A stretch of DNA of 64,000 nucleotides, from positions 443 through 64,442 of the forward strand of contig JBBPIT010000012.1 of the NCBI GenBank assembly GCA_038040175.1, written 5' to 3'. Source of the stretch: Pseudomonadota bacterium. Lineage in GTDB: Bacteria; Pseudomonadota; Gammaproteobacteria; Burkholderiales; JACQAP01. The notes under the pieces are model-generated. The model was not told where the DNA came from. It did no database searches and saw nothing but the letters and a program-made list of their open reading frames with translations. Both the position numbers and the translations under genes were made by a program. Positions 42,452-51,401 of this stretch are shown here, piece by piece. Numbering within the stretch: the stretch's first letter is position 1; the number at the start of each line of letters is the position of its first letter.

Positions 42452-43339
42452 ATGACCACCCTCCCCCGCTCGATGTGGGTCCTGACCGTGCTGCTCACGC
42501 TCGGCTGGGGGCTGAATTGGCCGATGATGAAGTTGGCACTGGCCGATATCCAGGTCTGGACTTTTCGCGGCCTGTGCGTCGCCTCGGGCGCCATTGGACT
42601 TTTCATCATTGCGCGCGCGGGCCGTCAGCCAACCCGCGTACCGGCGGGGCAGTGGCCGCGCCTTGCGGTTACGGCAATCGCCAACGTGACGATGTGGAAC
42701 GTGCTGATCGGCTACGCCCTGACGCTGTTGCCGTCGGGGCGTACCGCGATCCTCGCCTACACCATGCCGCTGTGGACCGTGCTGCTGTCGAGGTTCGTGC
42801 TTCACGAGAAACTGACTCCGCGCCGCGTGCTCGGTGTTTCATTGGGCATGGCGGGCATGGCGCTGCTGATCGGCGACGAACTCGCCGCCATGGAGGCCGC
42901 GCCGATCGGCGCGGTACTGGCCCTCGGCGCGGCTTTTTCCTGGGCGGTCGGCACGGTGCTGATGCGGCGCTATCCGACCGACCTGCCGACGACCTCCTTC
43001 ACCGCCTGGCAGTTGCTGATCGGCGGCGTGCCGATCATGGCCGGGGCGCTCATTCTCGATTGGGGCGAGTGGCGGCCGATCGGCGTCGGGGCCGCGATCG
43101 GGCTCGGCTACAACATGCTGTTCGTCTTCATTTTCTGCTACTGGGCCTGGTACAAGATCGCCACCACCGTGCCCCCCACCATTGCCGCGCTCTCCACGCT
43201 GATGATCCCGATCGTCGGCCTGTTCAGCGGCATGCTGATTCTGGGCGAACGGCCGCAGTGGCAGGAATACGCGGCACTGGTGCTGGTGATTGCCGCGCTC
43301 GCGACCGTGTTGGTACCGCCGAAACACGTTGGTAAATAG
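42452..43339 (+). CDS. DMT/EamA transporter
   Basis: WGLNWP, AYTMPLW, LGERP; duplicated EamA halves. Confidence 0.9.
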   Translation: MTTLPRSMWVLTVLLTLGWGLNWPMMKLALADIQVWTFRGLCVASGAIGLFIIARAGRQPTRVPAGQWPRLAVTAIANVTMWNVLIGYALTLLPSGRTAILAYTMPLWTVLLSRFVLHEKLTPRRVLGVSLGMAGMALLIGDELAAMEAAPIGAVLALGAAFSWAVGTVLMRRYPTDLPTTSFTAWQLLIGGVPIMAGALILDWGEWRPIGVGAAIGLGYNMLFVFIFCYWAWYKIATTVPPTIAALSTLMIPIVGLFSGMLILGERPQWQEYAALVLVIAALATVLVPPKHVGK

Positions 43340-43418
43340 GACCTCTTGCAGGAGCGGCGGCCAGTAGCCCACGGGGCTGGCGCCGAGACTGCGCTAACCC
43401 ATGGTTTCCTCAGGACAA

Positions 43419-43435
43419 TTGGCCCGGAAGTTGCT
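43419..43435 (+). promoter_or_regulatory. Candidate sigma-54 promoter
   Basis: TTGGCCCGGAAGTTGCT = GG-N10-GC with TGGC/TTGC context upstream of the transglycosylase gene. Confidence 0.45.
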
Positions 43436-43450
43436 GTATGCTGATTCATC

Positions 43451-44062
43451 ATGAGAACCCGGCACTTCCTCTTACTGGTTTCGGCGGTTTCTGCCGGAAT
43501 TGCGCAGGCCGACATCTACCGCTACGTGGATGCCGACGGCGCGGTGCAATTCACCAATGTGCCGCACGACAGCCGCTACAAGATCTATCTGAAGGAAAAG
43601 AGGAAAAAGCCGGATCCGGTCGCACAAACGCTGGCGAGCGAACTGCGTTACTACGACGATGAGGCGCGTTCGCGCTACGCCCGGCACATCTACGAAGCGG
43701 CAAGGCTCACCAAGCTCGAGCCGGCACTGATCCACGCGGTGATCTCCGCGGAGTCCGGCTACAACCCGCTGGCGCGGTCGCGCAAGGGTGCCGCCGGACT
43801 GATGCAACTGATGCCCGACACCGCAAAGCGCTACGGCGTGAAGAATCGGCTCGACCCGGCACAGAGCATTCACGGCGGCGCGCGCTACCTGCGCGATCTG
43901 GTGCGCCTGTTCAACAACGATCTCCAGCTTGCCGTCGCCGCCTACAATGCGGGAGAGAATGCGGTGGTAAGGCACGGCAACCGCATCCCGCCGTACAGCG
44001 AGACCATGACCTACGTGCCGCGGGTGATGAGTTACTACAAGAAGTACCGCACCATCTCCTAG
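43451..44062 (+). CDS. Lytic transglycosylase (DUF4124 + SLT)
   Basis: DIYRYVDADG..FTN.P, AVISAESGYNP, GAAGLMQLMP, AAYNAGE. Confidence 0.92.
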   Translation: MRTRHFLLLVSAVSAGIAQADIYRYVDADGAVQFTNVPHDSRYKIYLKEKRKKPDPVAQTLASELRYYDDEARSRYARHIYEAARLTKLEPALIHAVISAESGYNPLARSRKGAAGLMQLMPDTAKRYGVKNRLDPAQSIHGGARYLRDLVRLFNNDLQLAVAAYNAGENAVVRHGNRIPPYSETMTYVPRVMSYYKKYRTIS

Positions 44063-44127
44063 TCCTTCCCCGGCACCGCCGCCGGCTGCGACCCCGCCTG
44101 ATTCGCCGGCGCGACGGCGTGCGCGTA

Positions 44128-44180
44128 CACAGAACGCTGGGGAAAGGCCATCGAAAGCTATAAAGTATAGGCCTGACTCC
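44128..44180 (+). mobile_element. Right end only of a RAYT-derived element; left border of the island
   Basis: GAACGCTGGGGAAAGGCCATCGAAAGCTATAAAGTATAGGCCTGACTCC matches the right ends at 57061 and 62558. Confidence 0.85.
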
Positions 44181-44326
44181 TCAATCCCCACAGCAAGCTC
44201 AGCATCCTGTTCAGTGACGGGTCGCGATGGTCTCTTTTCCGGTTTCTTGGAGGTCAGGCTTGGCTAATTGCAGTTGGATGTTGAATCCACCAGTCTTTTC
44301 TCAATCTGGGAACCTGCGACAAAGCT

Positions 44327-44626
44327 TTACATCTCCCGCCCGGCCTCGTGCGTGACCTTTTGCACAGGAGAGAGCAGGTATTCCATCACCGTACGGCTGC
44401 CGAGATTCACTTCGGAGGAGACGAGCATGCCGGCTGAGACCCGGAATTGTTTACCGTCGCGTTCGAGGTAAGGCGAATCCAGCGCCACCAGCGTGCGGAA
44501 CCCCGAAGGCGGCATGACGTGTTCGCGGGTATCTTTGCGGTCGCGCTCGCGCGTGTCGGGCAGTTCCGCCGCATCGGGGCTGATGGTTTCGACGTGGCCG
44601 TTGACCATGCCGTACTTGTTGAACGG
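44327..44626 (-). pseudogene. HlyD type I secretion adaptor, 3' fragment
   Basis: PFNKYGMVNGHVETISPDA...AGM...EVNLGSRTVMEYLLSPV; 5' part absent. Confidence 0.8.
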
Positions 44627-44718
44627 CCATCTGGTTGCCGACCTGAAGAAGCTTTCGCACCAAAGTATCTTTATGCACACTGCAGGCCTGACGCACTTCC
44701 CCTCAGTCTGTTGTTCCT

Positions 44719-45267
44719 TCACGCCTTAATTTTTCGGATAAGCCGAAATAGCTCAGCTTGGTATTGTGCATCCTGAAGCGCGTCGTGACTTCCTTTGCGC
44801 GTAGGGTGAAGAGCCAAGGCGATTTGACTTGATCGCGTCTGATCCCAGTCGGTGTGCGCGGTGCCCATGTAGAGCGATTTGACGTCAAGAGCGGAAAAGC
44901 CGAATGGGTTCTCGCCTAGATAGCGATGAAAGTAGTAGTTCACGAAAGACCAATCGAATCCAGCATTGAACCCGACGAATATCGGCATTCCGCCCACTCC
45001 ACTAATACGCTGGACCCAGTCGCGGAACTGATGCAAGGCCTCTGCAGGTGCAAGACCATCGCGCTCGAGTCTGTCGAGTGACAGTCCAGTGACCTCCAGT
45101 GCTTTGGGATCCGCGTGGCGAGTCGTAGGCTTGAGTTCACATGAAAAAGTCTGCGTCTCATTGTCGACATTGCACGCCCCAATCGTGAGAAGGCTGTACT
45201 CACCAGGGATAGGTCCGGCAGTTTCGACATCTACCGATATGAAGACTTCCCGCCGTTTTGACATCAT
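44719..45267 (-). CDS. cap18: DEDDh 3'-5' exonuclease, CBASS Cap18-like
   Basis: SVDVET, FNAGFDW, HDALQDA; last gene of the CBASS operon. Confidence 0.8.
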   Translation of the reverse strand: MMSKRREVFISVDVETAGPIPGEYSLLTIGACNVDNETQTFSCELKPTTRHADPKALEVTGLSLDRLERDGLAPAEALHQFRDWVQRISGVGGMPIFVGFNAGFDWSFVNYYFHRYLGENPFGFSALDVKSLYMGTAHTDWDQTRSSQIALALHPTRKGSHDALQDAQYQAELFRLIRKIKA

Positions 45268-46430
45268 GGGATGAGCGGCTCCGTCGGTACCAGAGGGGGA
45301 CGGTTTTTGATGGCTCCCCAGTGCTCCCGAAAAGCCCTACGCCGTTCTTCGACCGTCCCGATTGTTTTCCACCGATGTCCCGAGAGAGAATGGATATCGA
45401 ACGGGAGATCGGTCCCTTCCTTCGCGAGAAGCATGGTTGGCAGGCCCCGACCTAGCGCATAGCCCAATTCCAAGAAGCAATTGGGGCGGACACCCGTAAT
45501 GTCGGCGAGAACCACCCTGCTGCGATGCAGTTTGGCGAATATCTCTTGATCTATACGGGAGTATTCGTACGCTTGTTTTCCATCCACGACCGTTAATTTG
45601 TACCCCAACTCCCCTTCGATAATGGGTTGAATCACCGTGTCGAAAAAATTCTGCACGTCGGCATAGTCCGCGTGGGTCGGATTAAGCAGACGAATCACGA
45701 AAGCCCTCGGAGGCGATAGACCTTCAAGCAGTTCGATAAGATCCCTCGCTCCGTCTGGAGCCGACTTGTGGGCAGTAAATTCGATCCGATTGAGCCAACC
45801 ATGAGAAGGGACATTACCCTCTGTTTGAAAAAGACGCTGCGCATAGTTGGAGGACAAACCGAAATCGAAGAGCCGTTGCGCACCGGTGATGGGCGGACCA
45901 AGCTTGAGATTTAAGGGAATGACTGGCTTGCCTGCGTCGTGATAAAGGTTAGCTAAGAAAAGTACCCCTTCCCCTCCGCCAAGGGCGATTAGAAGATCGC
46001 CGCTGCGGGCCTGCACTTCCATCCGCTTGCTGTTCATGTTCCAGTGAGCCGCGTTCTCAATTTGCACCAAATCAGACCCACGAAGGGCATCCCATACTTG
46101 AGCGTACTGCTCAGGAATCTGCTCCTCATTCTTATGATGCTTGACCGCGATGACCAATGGACCCGGCGCATCGGCAGGCCGGATCGGAAGATTCTTGTGA
46201 ATAGTGTCCCAAACCAACCAGTCGAAGCAGATAGGTTGATTGTCGGGAGAGCGAAATTTCTCCGCATCGACCGGAATCACAAACGTTGCTCCCTTCCGGA
46301 GCAATTCTTTGACGAGAACTTCTATCAGGGTCCGAGCGCGGCTAACCTCTTCAGCGGTTGCAGTTGCCACATCAGTTGAGATGCTGCCCGCGATGTGAAT
46401 CCGGCGTCCGAAGAGTGGCGATCTGGCCAT
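45264..46430 (-). CDS. Putative CBASS effector: SLOG domain + nucleoside 2-deoxyribosyltransferase/TIR-like domain
   Basis: N-half IHIAGS..KRMEVQARSGDLLIALGGGEG..GKPVIPL; C-half VVLADITGVRPNCFLELGYALG..LPFD. Confidence 0.7.
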   Translation of the reverse strand: MARSPLFGRRIHIAGSISTDVATATAEEVSRARTLIEVLVKELLRKGATFVIPVDAEKFRSPDNQPICFDWLVWDTIHKNLPIRPADAPGPLVIAVKHHKNEEQIPEQYAQVWDALRGSDLVQIENAAHWNMNSKRMEVQARSGDLLIALGGGEGVLFLANLYHDAGKPVIPLNLKLGPPITGAQRLFDFGLSSNYAQRLFQTEGNVPSHGWLNRIEFTAHKSAPDGARDLIELLEGLSPPRAFVIRLLNPTHADYADVQNFFDTVIQPIIEGELGYKLTVVDGKQAYEYSRIDQEIFAKLHRSRVVLADITGVRPNCFLELGYALGRGLPTMLLAKEGTDLPFDIHSLSGHRWKTIGTVEERRRAFREHWGAIKNRPPLVPTEPLIP

Positions 46431-47326
46431 TACTTATCCTCCATCACCGGGGACGGCTGCAACGATTTGGCGGCTTCGTGGAGATGCTTGAAACTGAGCG
46501 GATGTTTGGGAAAAGCCTTCGCAAGCGCCGCGGGATAAAGGCGCGTGCGGATGTCAGAGAACGTCCAGCCAGGCCTGTTGCTATGCGGTCCCGTGGCAGC
46601 GACCAAGTCAGAAATCTGCTGCGATGTGAGGGACAGTCCCGCCAAATCCATGCTGAACAATGCACGCCGTTCGTCATCGTTCGGCCGACGAAATTCCTCG
46701 ATAATTGCTGCGCGCCGCTGAAGTGCAGCATCCAATACCGAGCGGCGGTTGGTGCACAGGAAAACCACGATCCTTCCGCCGAAGCGCCGCAGGTCATCGA
46801 TACCCTGAATCAAAGTGTTGACCGCTACTTTGTCCTCATGGTGGCTGTGCTCCTGCGAGCGGGTCGCGGCGAGTGAGTCGCCCTCATCGATCACCAAGAA
46901 GGCGCGGCGAGTTTTCCCAGCTGATTGGGCAACCTCATGAAATGCTTGCGCAAGCAGCGTTCCCATTTCGCCCACCTTGCCACTACCCCGTACGCGGTTG
47001 CTGAGCTTGAAGAGCATGGAATCCTCTGCACCAGATTCCTTTGCTAAGCGGTTGGCTATGCATTCGGCAGTCGCGGTCTTCCCGGTGCCCACATCGCCGT
47101 AAAAAATGGCCAGCGGATACTGTTCTGCTACGAGGTCGCAGAGCAGTATTTTTTCTCCATGGTGCTTTTTACTCCAGCCTGCCAAGTCATTGAGATTGAG
47201 GAGCAGATGGAGTTGATCACGGATCTTCTCGAAGCGTGAGTCGAACCCGAGCAAAGTCTTTTGCCGTGTCGCAAGGCTGCTATCGGGCAGAGGAGTCTTT
47301 GCGTCGAATATATTGGGTTGGCTCAC
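46430..47326 (-). CDS. cap6: TRIP13/Pch2-like AAA+ ATPase
   Basis: Walker A GDVGTGKT, Walker B FLVIDEGD, VNTLIQGID, LDAALQRR; follows HORMA gene. Confidence 0.88.
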   Translation of the reverse strand: MSQPNIFDAKTPLPDSSLATRQKTLLGFDSRFEKIRDQLHLLLNLNDLAGWSKKHHGEKILLCDLVAEQYPLAIFYGDVGTGKTATAECIANRLAKESGAEDSMLFKLSNRVRGSGKVGEMGTLLAQAFHEVAQSAGKTRRAFLVIDEGDSLAATRSQEHSHHEDKVAVNTLIQGIDDLRRFGGRIVVFLCTNRRSVLDAALQRRAAIIEEFRRPNDDERRALFSMDLAGLSLTSQQISDLVAATGPHSNRPGWTFSDIRTRLYPAALAKAFPKHPLSFKHLHEAAKSLQPSPVMEDK

Positions 47327-47817
47327 TTGGTGAAGTCCTTGCGCTGCATTCCGTATCCATTGCTTACGTAGTCTCGACCGGCTTGTACTTTCAGGGACGA
47401 ATGGTTCGTATCAGCGGTCGTGGGAACCCAACTGAGGCACAGTTTGTCGGCCATCTTGGCCTTGGCAGCCGCGTCATATGCGCCCGTATGAAACAAGACA
47501 ATGCGCAGGTCGGGTTGCGCGACACGGGGCCAGAGCACACCACCAGGGCGGCCCATGACCAACTCTCCAGAATCCGTTTTGACCTCGAAGCGAGTCGCCT
47601 TCTGCTCGACACCCGCACTAAACAATGTCACGTCTACTGCCCTCAGGTAGCCGTTTATGGCGAGTAGCTCTACGTCGTGTCCCCATTCACGCGCCTTATC
47701 TTCAGTTATAGCGCCTGTACTACTGGCAATCATCACCAAGTCTGTAGTGACCCTTCGCATTACGATCTCAACATCGGCGATCGAGTAGGTTTCAGTTTCG
47801 GTGACCGAGTAACTCAT
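47323..47817 (-). CDS. cap7: Bacterial HORMA-domain protein
   Basis: MSYSVTETETYS..VMRRVTTDL, LAINGYL, C-terminal RDYVSNGYGMQRK; between CD-NTase and ATPase. Confidence 0.82.
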   Translation of the reverse strand: MSYSVTETETYSIADVEIVMRRVTTDLVMIASSTGAITEDKAREWGHDVELLAINGYLRAVDVTLFSAGVEQKATRFEVKTDSGELVMGRPGGVLWPRVAQPDLRIVLFHTGAYDAAAKAKMADKLCLSWVPTTADTNHSSLKVQAGRDYVSNGYGMQRKDFTK

Positions 47818-47820
47818 CCT

Positions 47821-48765
47821 TCAATCCTCCACCTTAAAGCGCGGACCAAATAGTTCTTTCCAGATTTCAATATCGCCTTCCGCCGATGCATGATGTGCCG
47901 TTTCCCAGGCTTCCTGCGCTGCCTTGATGATTTCCTGTCGTTCATTCTCGGAAATTCGGCTTGCCACGTTGTTGCTGCTACAAACCGGATCCAGGATAAC
48001 CACAGGATCGGTAAACTTCGACAGCACGATGCCATTCTCGGGAAACGAAATCACCTCCTTCAAACCTGACTGGGCTATATAGAGCAGGAAACCACGAAAG
48101 CGCTTCTCAAGCGAATCCTCCTTGCCGTTCTTGGCAAGAACGTGAGCCATGATTAACTCAATGGTGAAGGACTTGAGCGACTTAAGCTCAACACGGTTAC
48201 GCCACTTTTTTGCAAGGCGGACCAACGTGCGGAAGTCAGCATCCACTGCTTTTCGATCGCGCACGAATTTGATCTGGCAAGGCGCACAAGTCTGCATCCT
48301 GGTACCGTCTTGGATGTCGTATTGCCAGCCATAGCCAGGCTTGGAGGGATCTTCGATTACAGGAACAATATCGACGCTCAAGCCAGAACCCACGAACGTA
48401 ACCGTCGCGGCTTTTCGTTGGATCTCGAAGTCTTCCACCGCCTTTGTGGGATAAAGCTTGATAAGCAGGCTATAAATCGTCTCGCTCAGTCCGCTCAAGG
48501 TCTCCTTGTCAACATTGCGCCCCGAAATATAGAAAACGACATCCACGTCGACCGGGTCCTCGGAGGTCTTGCGGAGAATTGTGTATTTCGCAAATGACCC
48601 GGCCTTCACCACTTTCGTGATCTTGATCTCATTCTGCTCACGCAATGTCTTGCTCAATTCACTGACTAGTCGATCTACCTGTTCGTGATATTCCTTGCGC
48701 TTGTCATCTGGCAACCGCAGAACATTGCTGTCGTAGTACCGAACTTCAGTATTGTTCAACGGCAT
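47821..48765 (-). CDS. cGAS/DncV-like nucleotidyltransferase (CdnC-like CD-NTase)
   Basis: AGSFAKYTIL..DVDVVFY, SVDIVPV, LVRLAKKW, KSFTIEL, VILDPV..NNV, WKELFGPRF. Confidence 0.92.
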   Translation of the reverse strand: MPLNNTEVRYYDSNVLRLPDDKRKEYHEQVDRLVSELSKTLREQNEIKITKVVKAGSFAKYTILRKTSEDPVDVDVVFYISGRNVDKETLSGLSETIYSLLIKLYPTKAVEDFEIQRKAATVTFVGSGLSVDIVPVIEDPSKPGYGWQYDIQDGTRMQTCAPCQIKFVRDRKAVDADFRTLVRLAKKWRNRVELKSLKSFTIELIMAHVLAKNGKEDSLEKRFRGFLLYIAQSGLKEVISFPENGIVLSKFTDPVVILDPVCSSNNVASRISENERQEIIKAAQEAWETAHHASAEGDIEIWKELFGPRFKVED

Positions 48766-48827
48766 TTCGTTACCCTCTAATCTCGTTTCGGATGCGGGAA
48801 TCCGGCATTACCCTCCGAACGTTCGAA

Positions 48828-49067
48828 TCAGCCTTTCGGCGGGTAGGGATCCCCGCCGTGGCTGTCGCTGCTGCTGATCTTGCCGTCTCTGTTGTGTATG
48901 CGAAGCTCGGTACCTTGTGATCTGCTGACCGACCGACCTTCATCGATCGCTTCACGCTTAGTGTCATAGTGACCACTGGCACGCTCGGCTCCCCCGCGTT
49001 TAACGTTCCACCCCCCGTTCGTATCGGGTACTACATGATGGGTGTCTGGTCCCTTTTTATCCGCCAT
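48828..49067 (-). CDS. DUF2188 family small protein
   Basis: HHVVP...GWNVK.GGAERAS..YDTKREAI, ELRIHNRDGKI...DSHG.DP.PPKG. Confidence 0.88.
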   Translation of the reverse strand: MADKKGPDTHHVVPDTNGGWNVKRGGAERASGHYDTKREAIDEGRSVSRSQGTELRIHNRDGKISSSDSHGGDPYPPKG

Positions 49068-49109
49068 ATTGTGCCTCACTCTCTAAAAGGTCGCATTAAA
49101 AGTGCGTCT

Positions 49110-49179
49110 ATACCGAACTTAGGCTAGCACGAGCATCTTCCGCCAGTCAAGTATTTGTTGTATGGTGATACCGAACTTA
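49110..49179. promoter_or_regulatory. Divergent CBASS/capH promoter region with two identical 12-bp boxes
   Basis: ATACCGAACTTA at 49110-49121 and 49168-49179; minus-strand TTGACT (49150-49145) and TGcTAGCCT (49129-49121). Confidence 0.65.
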
Positions 49180-49200
49180 ATCAACTAGGAGGATGTACGG

Positions 49201-49524
49201 ATGCCTACAGCGCTGGGCGATAAGATTCGACAGATACGGAAAGGGAAGGAATTGACGCTGGAAAAGCTGGCGGAGCTTTCCGACTCAAGCAAAAGCTATA
49301 TCTGGGAGCTCGAAAACAAGAATATGCCTAGGCCATCGGCCGAAAAGATTGGAAAGATTGCTGCCGTCCTAGGTGTCACGCCCGAATTCCTTTTAGATAC
49401 ATCCGAAGACTCCCCAACCCCCAATGTTGTCGATGAGGCGTTCTATCGCAAGTACCGGAAGATGGATCCAGAGGTAAAAGCGAAAATCCGATCAATCGTC
49501 GAGGTCTGGGATAAAGAAAAATGA
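49201..49524 (+). CDS. capH: XRE helix-turn-helix repressor, CapH-like
   Basis: LTLEKLAELSDSSKSYIWELEN..RPSAEKI; divergent from CBASS and paired with a metallopeptidase. Confidence 0.8.
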   Translation: MPTALGDKIRQIRKGKELTLEKLAELSDSSKSYIWELENKNMPRPSAEKIGKIAAVLGVTPEFLLDTSEDSPTPNVVDEAFYRKYRKMDPEVKAKIRSIVEVWDKEK

Positions 49525-50438
49525 CGGAGGGGCTGTCGCCGAAGCGATGGGCGATCGACATTTCCCAGGTCCTCAACAAGGTACTGGGGGCTGAGCACTT
49601 CCCGATTAATGTTGAGCAGGTAGCAAAAGAGTTTTCGCGCCAACGTTTTCCCGACGACCCAATTACACTGGTCGCGGGGGAAGTGCTGCCCCGGTTTGAC
49701 GGCGCACTCGTGCGGGCACCGTCCGGCAAGAAGGGCTGGGGAATTATCTACAACAAGGCAATACAGTCACCCGGCCGCGTTAATTTCACCTTGGCGCATG
49801 AGTTTGGACACTACCTACTCCACCGCCTGATTTACCCGAACGGTCCCCAGTGTGGTGAGCAGGACGTTGTGAGATGGGACTCAGAATACGGTCAAATTGA
49901 GTATCAGGCGAACGTCTTTGCATCTTATCTTCTGATGCCTCTTGACGACGTCAGGCGTCAAATTGATCCTCGGATCGAGGCCGATTTGGAAAAACTTGGG
50001 GCTTGCGCGAAACGCTATAACGTGTCGCTGATCGCAGCAACTCTCAAGTGGCTGGAGTACACGGAGCGTCGGGCAGTTATCGTAGTTTCGCGTGATGGAT
50101 TTATCCTCTGGGCGCGTTCCAGTACCACAGCGTTAAAGACCGGGGCATTCTTCCGCACGTCCGGGGACCCTATCCCTATTCCGACAGGATCGCTTGCTGC
50201 GCAAGGAACTGGCCTTGACTCGATCAAAGCTGGTCTGGAGTTCCAGCCAGGAACATGGTTCAAGGAGGAACCATGTCGAGAAATGGCGGTGTTCTCGGAG
50301 CAATATGAATTTACGATTTCGCTGCTTCTACTTCCAAAAGACGCCGCCACATCACGATTCAACCAAAATCGTGAAGAAGATGAGGAAGAGCAGGACGATC
50401 TGCTTGATCGAATCAAAAAAAACCATGGATTGAGCTAA
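49521..50438 (+). CDS. capP: ImmA/IrrE family zinc metallopeptidase, CapP-like
   Basis: RVNFTLAHEFGHY (HExxH), EYQANVFASYLLMP, RYNVSLIA; ATGA overlap with capH. Confidence 0.82.
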   Translation: MTEGLSPKRWAIDISQVLNKVLGAEHFPINVEQVAKEFSRQRFPDDPITLVAGEVLPRFDGALVRAPSGKKGWGIIYNKAIQSPGRVNFTLAHEFGHYLLHRLIYPNGPQCGEQDVVRWDSEYGQIEYQANVFASYLLMPLDDVRRQIDPRIEADLEKLGACAKRYNVSLIAATLKWLEYTERRAVIVVSRDGFILWARSSTTALKTGAFFRTSGDPIPIPTGSLAAQGTGLDSIKAGLEFQPGTWFKEEPCREMAVFSEQYEFTISLLLLPKDAATSRFNQNREEDEEEQDDLLDRIKKNHGLS

Positions 50439-50560
50439 GCGGCTGGCGCGTTAGCGGCAATCGAGTCATGCATGCGGAGCCGAGTGAACGCTGGAAGAAC
50501 TCGGTAGGTTCTTCGCACCCGAATAACATGGCCAAATTAGACGTGTCTGGTGGTGCGATT

Positions 50561-50859
50561 TGGGTCAGCCCTGCATAATTGCGTAATGTTCATGTATTCT
50601 CTTCTTCATGGCTCGCAAACCTCGTCTGCACGTTTCTGGTGGTCCAAAAGCCGGCAAACGGCGCAGGCGCGCGCACTCGTCCCCTGGCTTGCGGTCCGGT
50701 TTCGTTCGTGCACGCTTGCGAAAGTCGCCGAACATTTCTCGCGCTCCCCTTCCACTCTAAGCCATCTGGTTGCCAACCTTGAGAAGCTTTCGCATAGTTC
50801 CGGCGAACCCGCCGATGCTCTGCGAAAACATCTTTATGCAATTCTGCAGGCCTGACCCC
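50561..50859 (+). mobile_element. Non-autonomous RAYT-type element, second repeat subtype
   Basis: TGGGTCAGCCCTGCATAATTGCGTAA and inverted TTATGCAATTCTGCAGGCCTGACCCC; interior encodes an HTH-like tail (ARALVPWLA..TLAKVAEHFSRSPSTLSH). Confidence 0.7.
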
Positions 50860-51338
50860 ATTTTTCCGAGTAGACCGGCGCGACCGCTGTAATGTCTTGC
50901 GACCTTCGCGCGGCAGCGGGCGCGAATCCATCCAGGAACACGCGCACCCTGCTTTATCAAGCGATCAAAGGGCACGGATTTGGTAGGTGACTTGCCCGCT
51001 GCGCGGCGAGTCTCCATGCGTCGCATTTCCCGTCCCCGGTGCCTCCTTGGGTCGTCAGCCTCAGTGAACTCCCACGGTTCAACCTTGTGCCCTCGCGTTC
51101 GGATTTCAAAGTCGGGCCACTGATTGCGGGCCTCAACAAGACGCACAGCGAGGGCGCGCCGCCCTTTTGCGAACTGCGCCGCAGCCTATGCCTCAGTGAT
51201 GAAATCGACGCCGGCCTGATTGAACAGGTCGGCGTTGCCTAGTAAGTGCATGAGCGCACGAGCGCGTCGCAGCATCTCGCTCGGTTTCTGCCACTGCTCC
51301 AGCGCAGCACGCTGCTGCCTGATATCCTTTTTCGCCAA
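50860..51338 (-). pseudogene. Hypothetical protein (possible PD-(D/E)xK fold) with in-frame TAG and 3' truncation
   Basis: ORFs 51186-51509 and 50757-51146 are in the same frame: FITEA*AAAQFA..WPDFEI..EFTEAD; TTG start with GGGAG SD. Confidence 0.55.
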
Positions 51339-51401
51339 GCGCACGTTGCTCCCTTTTCGTACCCTATCCAGTCCGTAAGAATTCGGGCAACATTGCAACC
51401 C

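Noticed and set aside
41955-44062. Holin-family label plus lytic transglycosylase as a prophage lysis module
   Set aside because: YvlD/DUF360 and DUF4124-SLT are common chromosomal genes, are on opposite strands, and no phage structural genes are present
44063-44330. tRNA or att site at the island border
   Set aside because: No cloverleaf or T-loop motif, and no matching direct repeat at the right border other than the RAYT repeat
51186-51188. In-frame TAG as pyrrolysine or programmed readthrough
   Set aside because: No pyl genes seen and the gene is also truncated; a nonsense mutation is simpler
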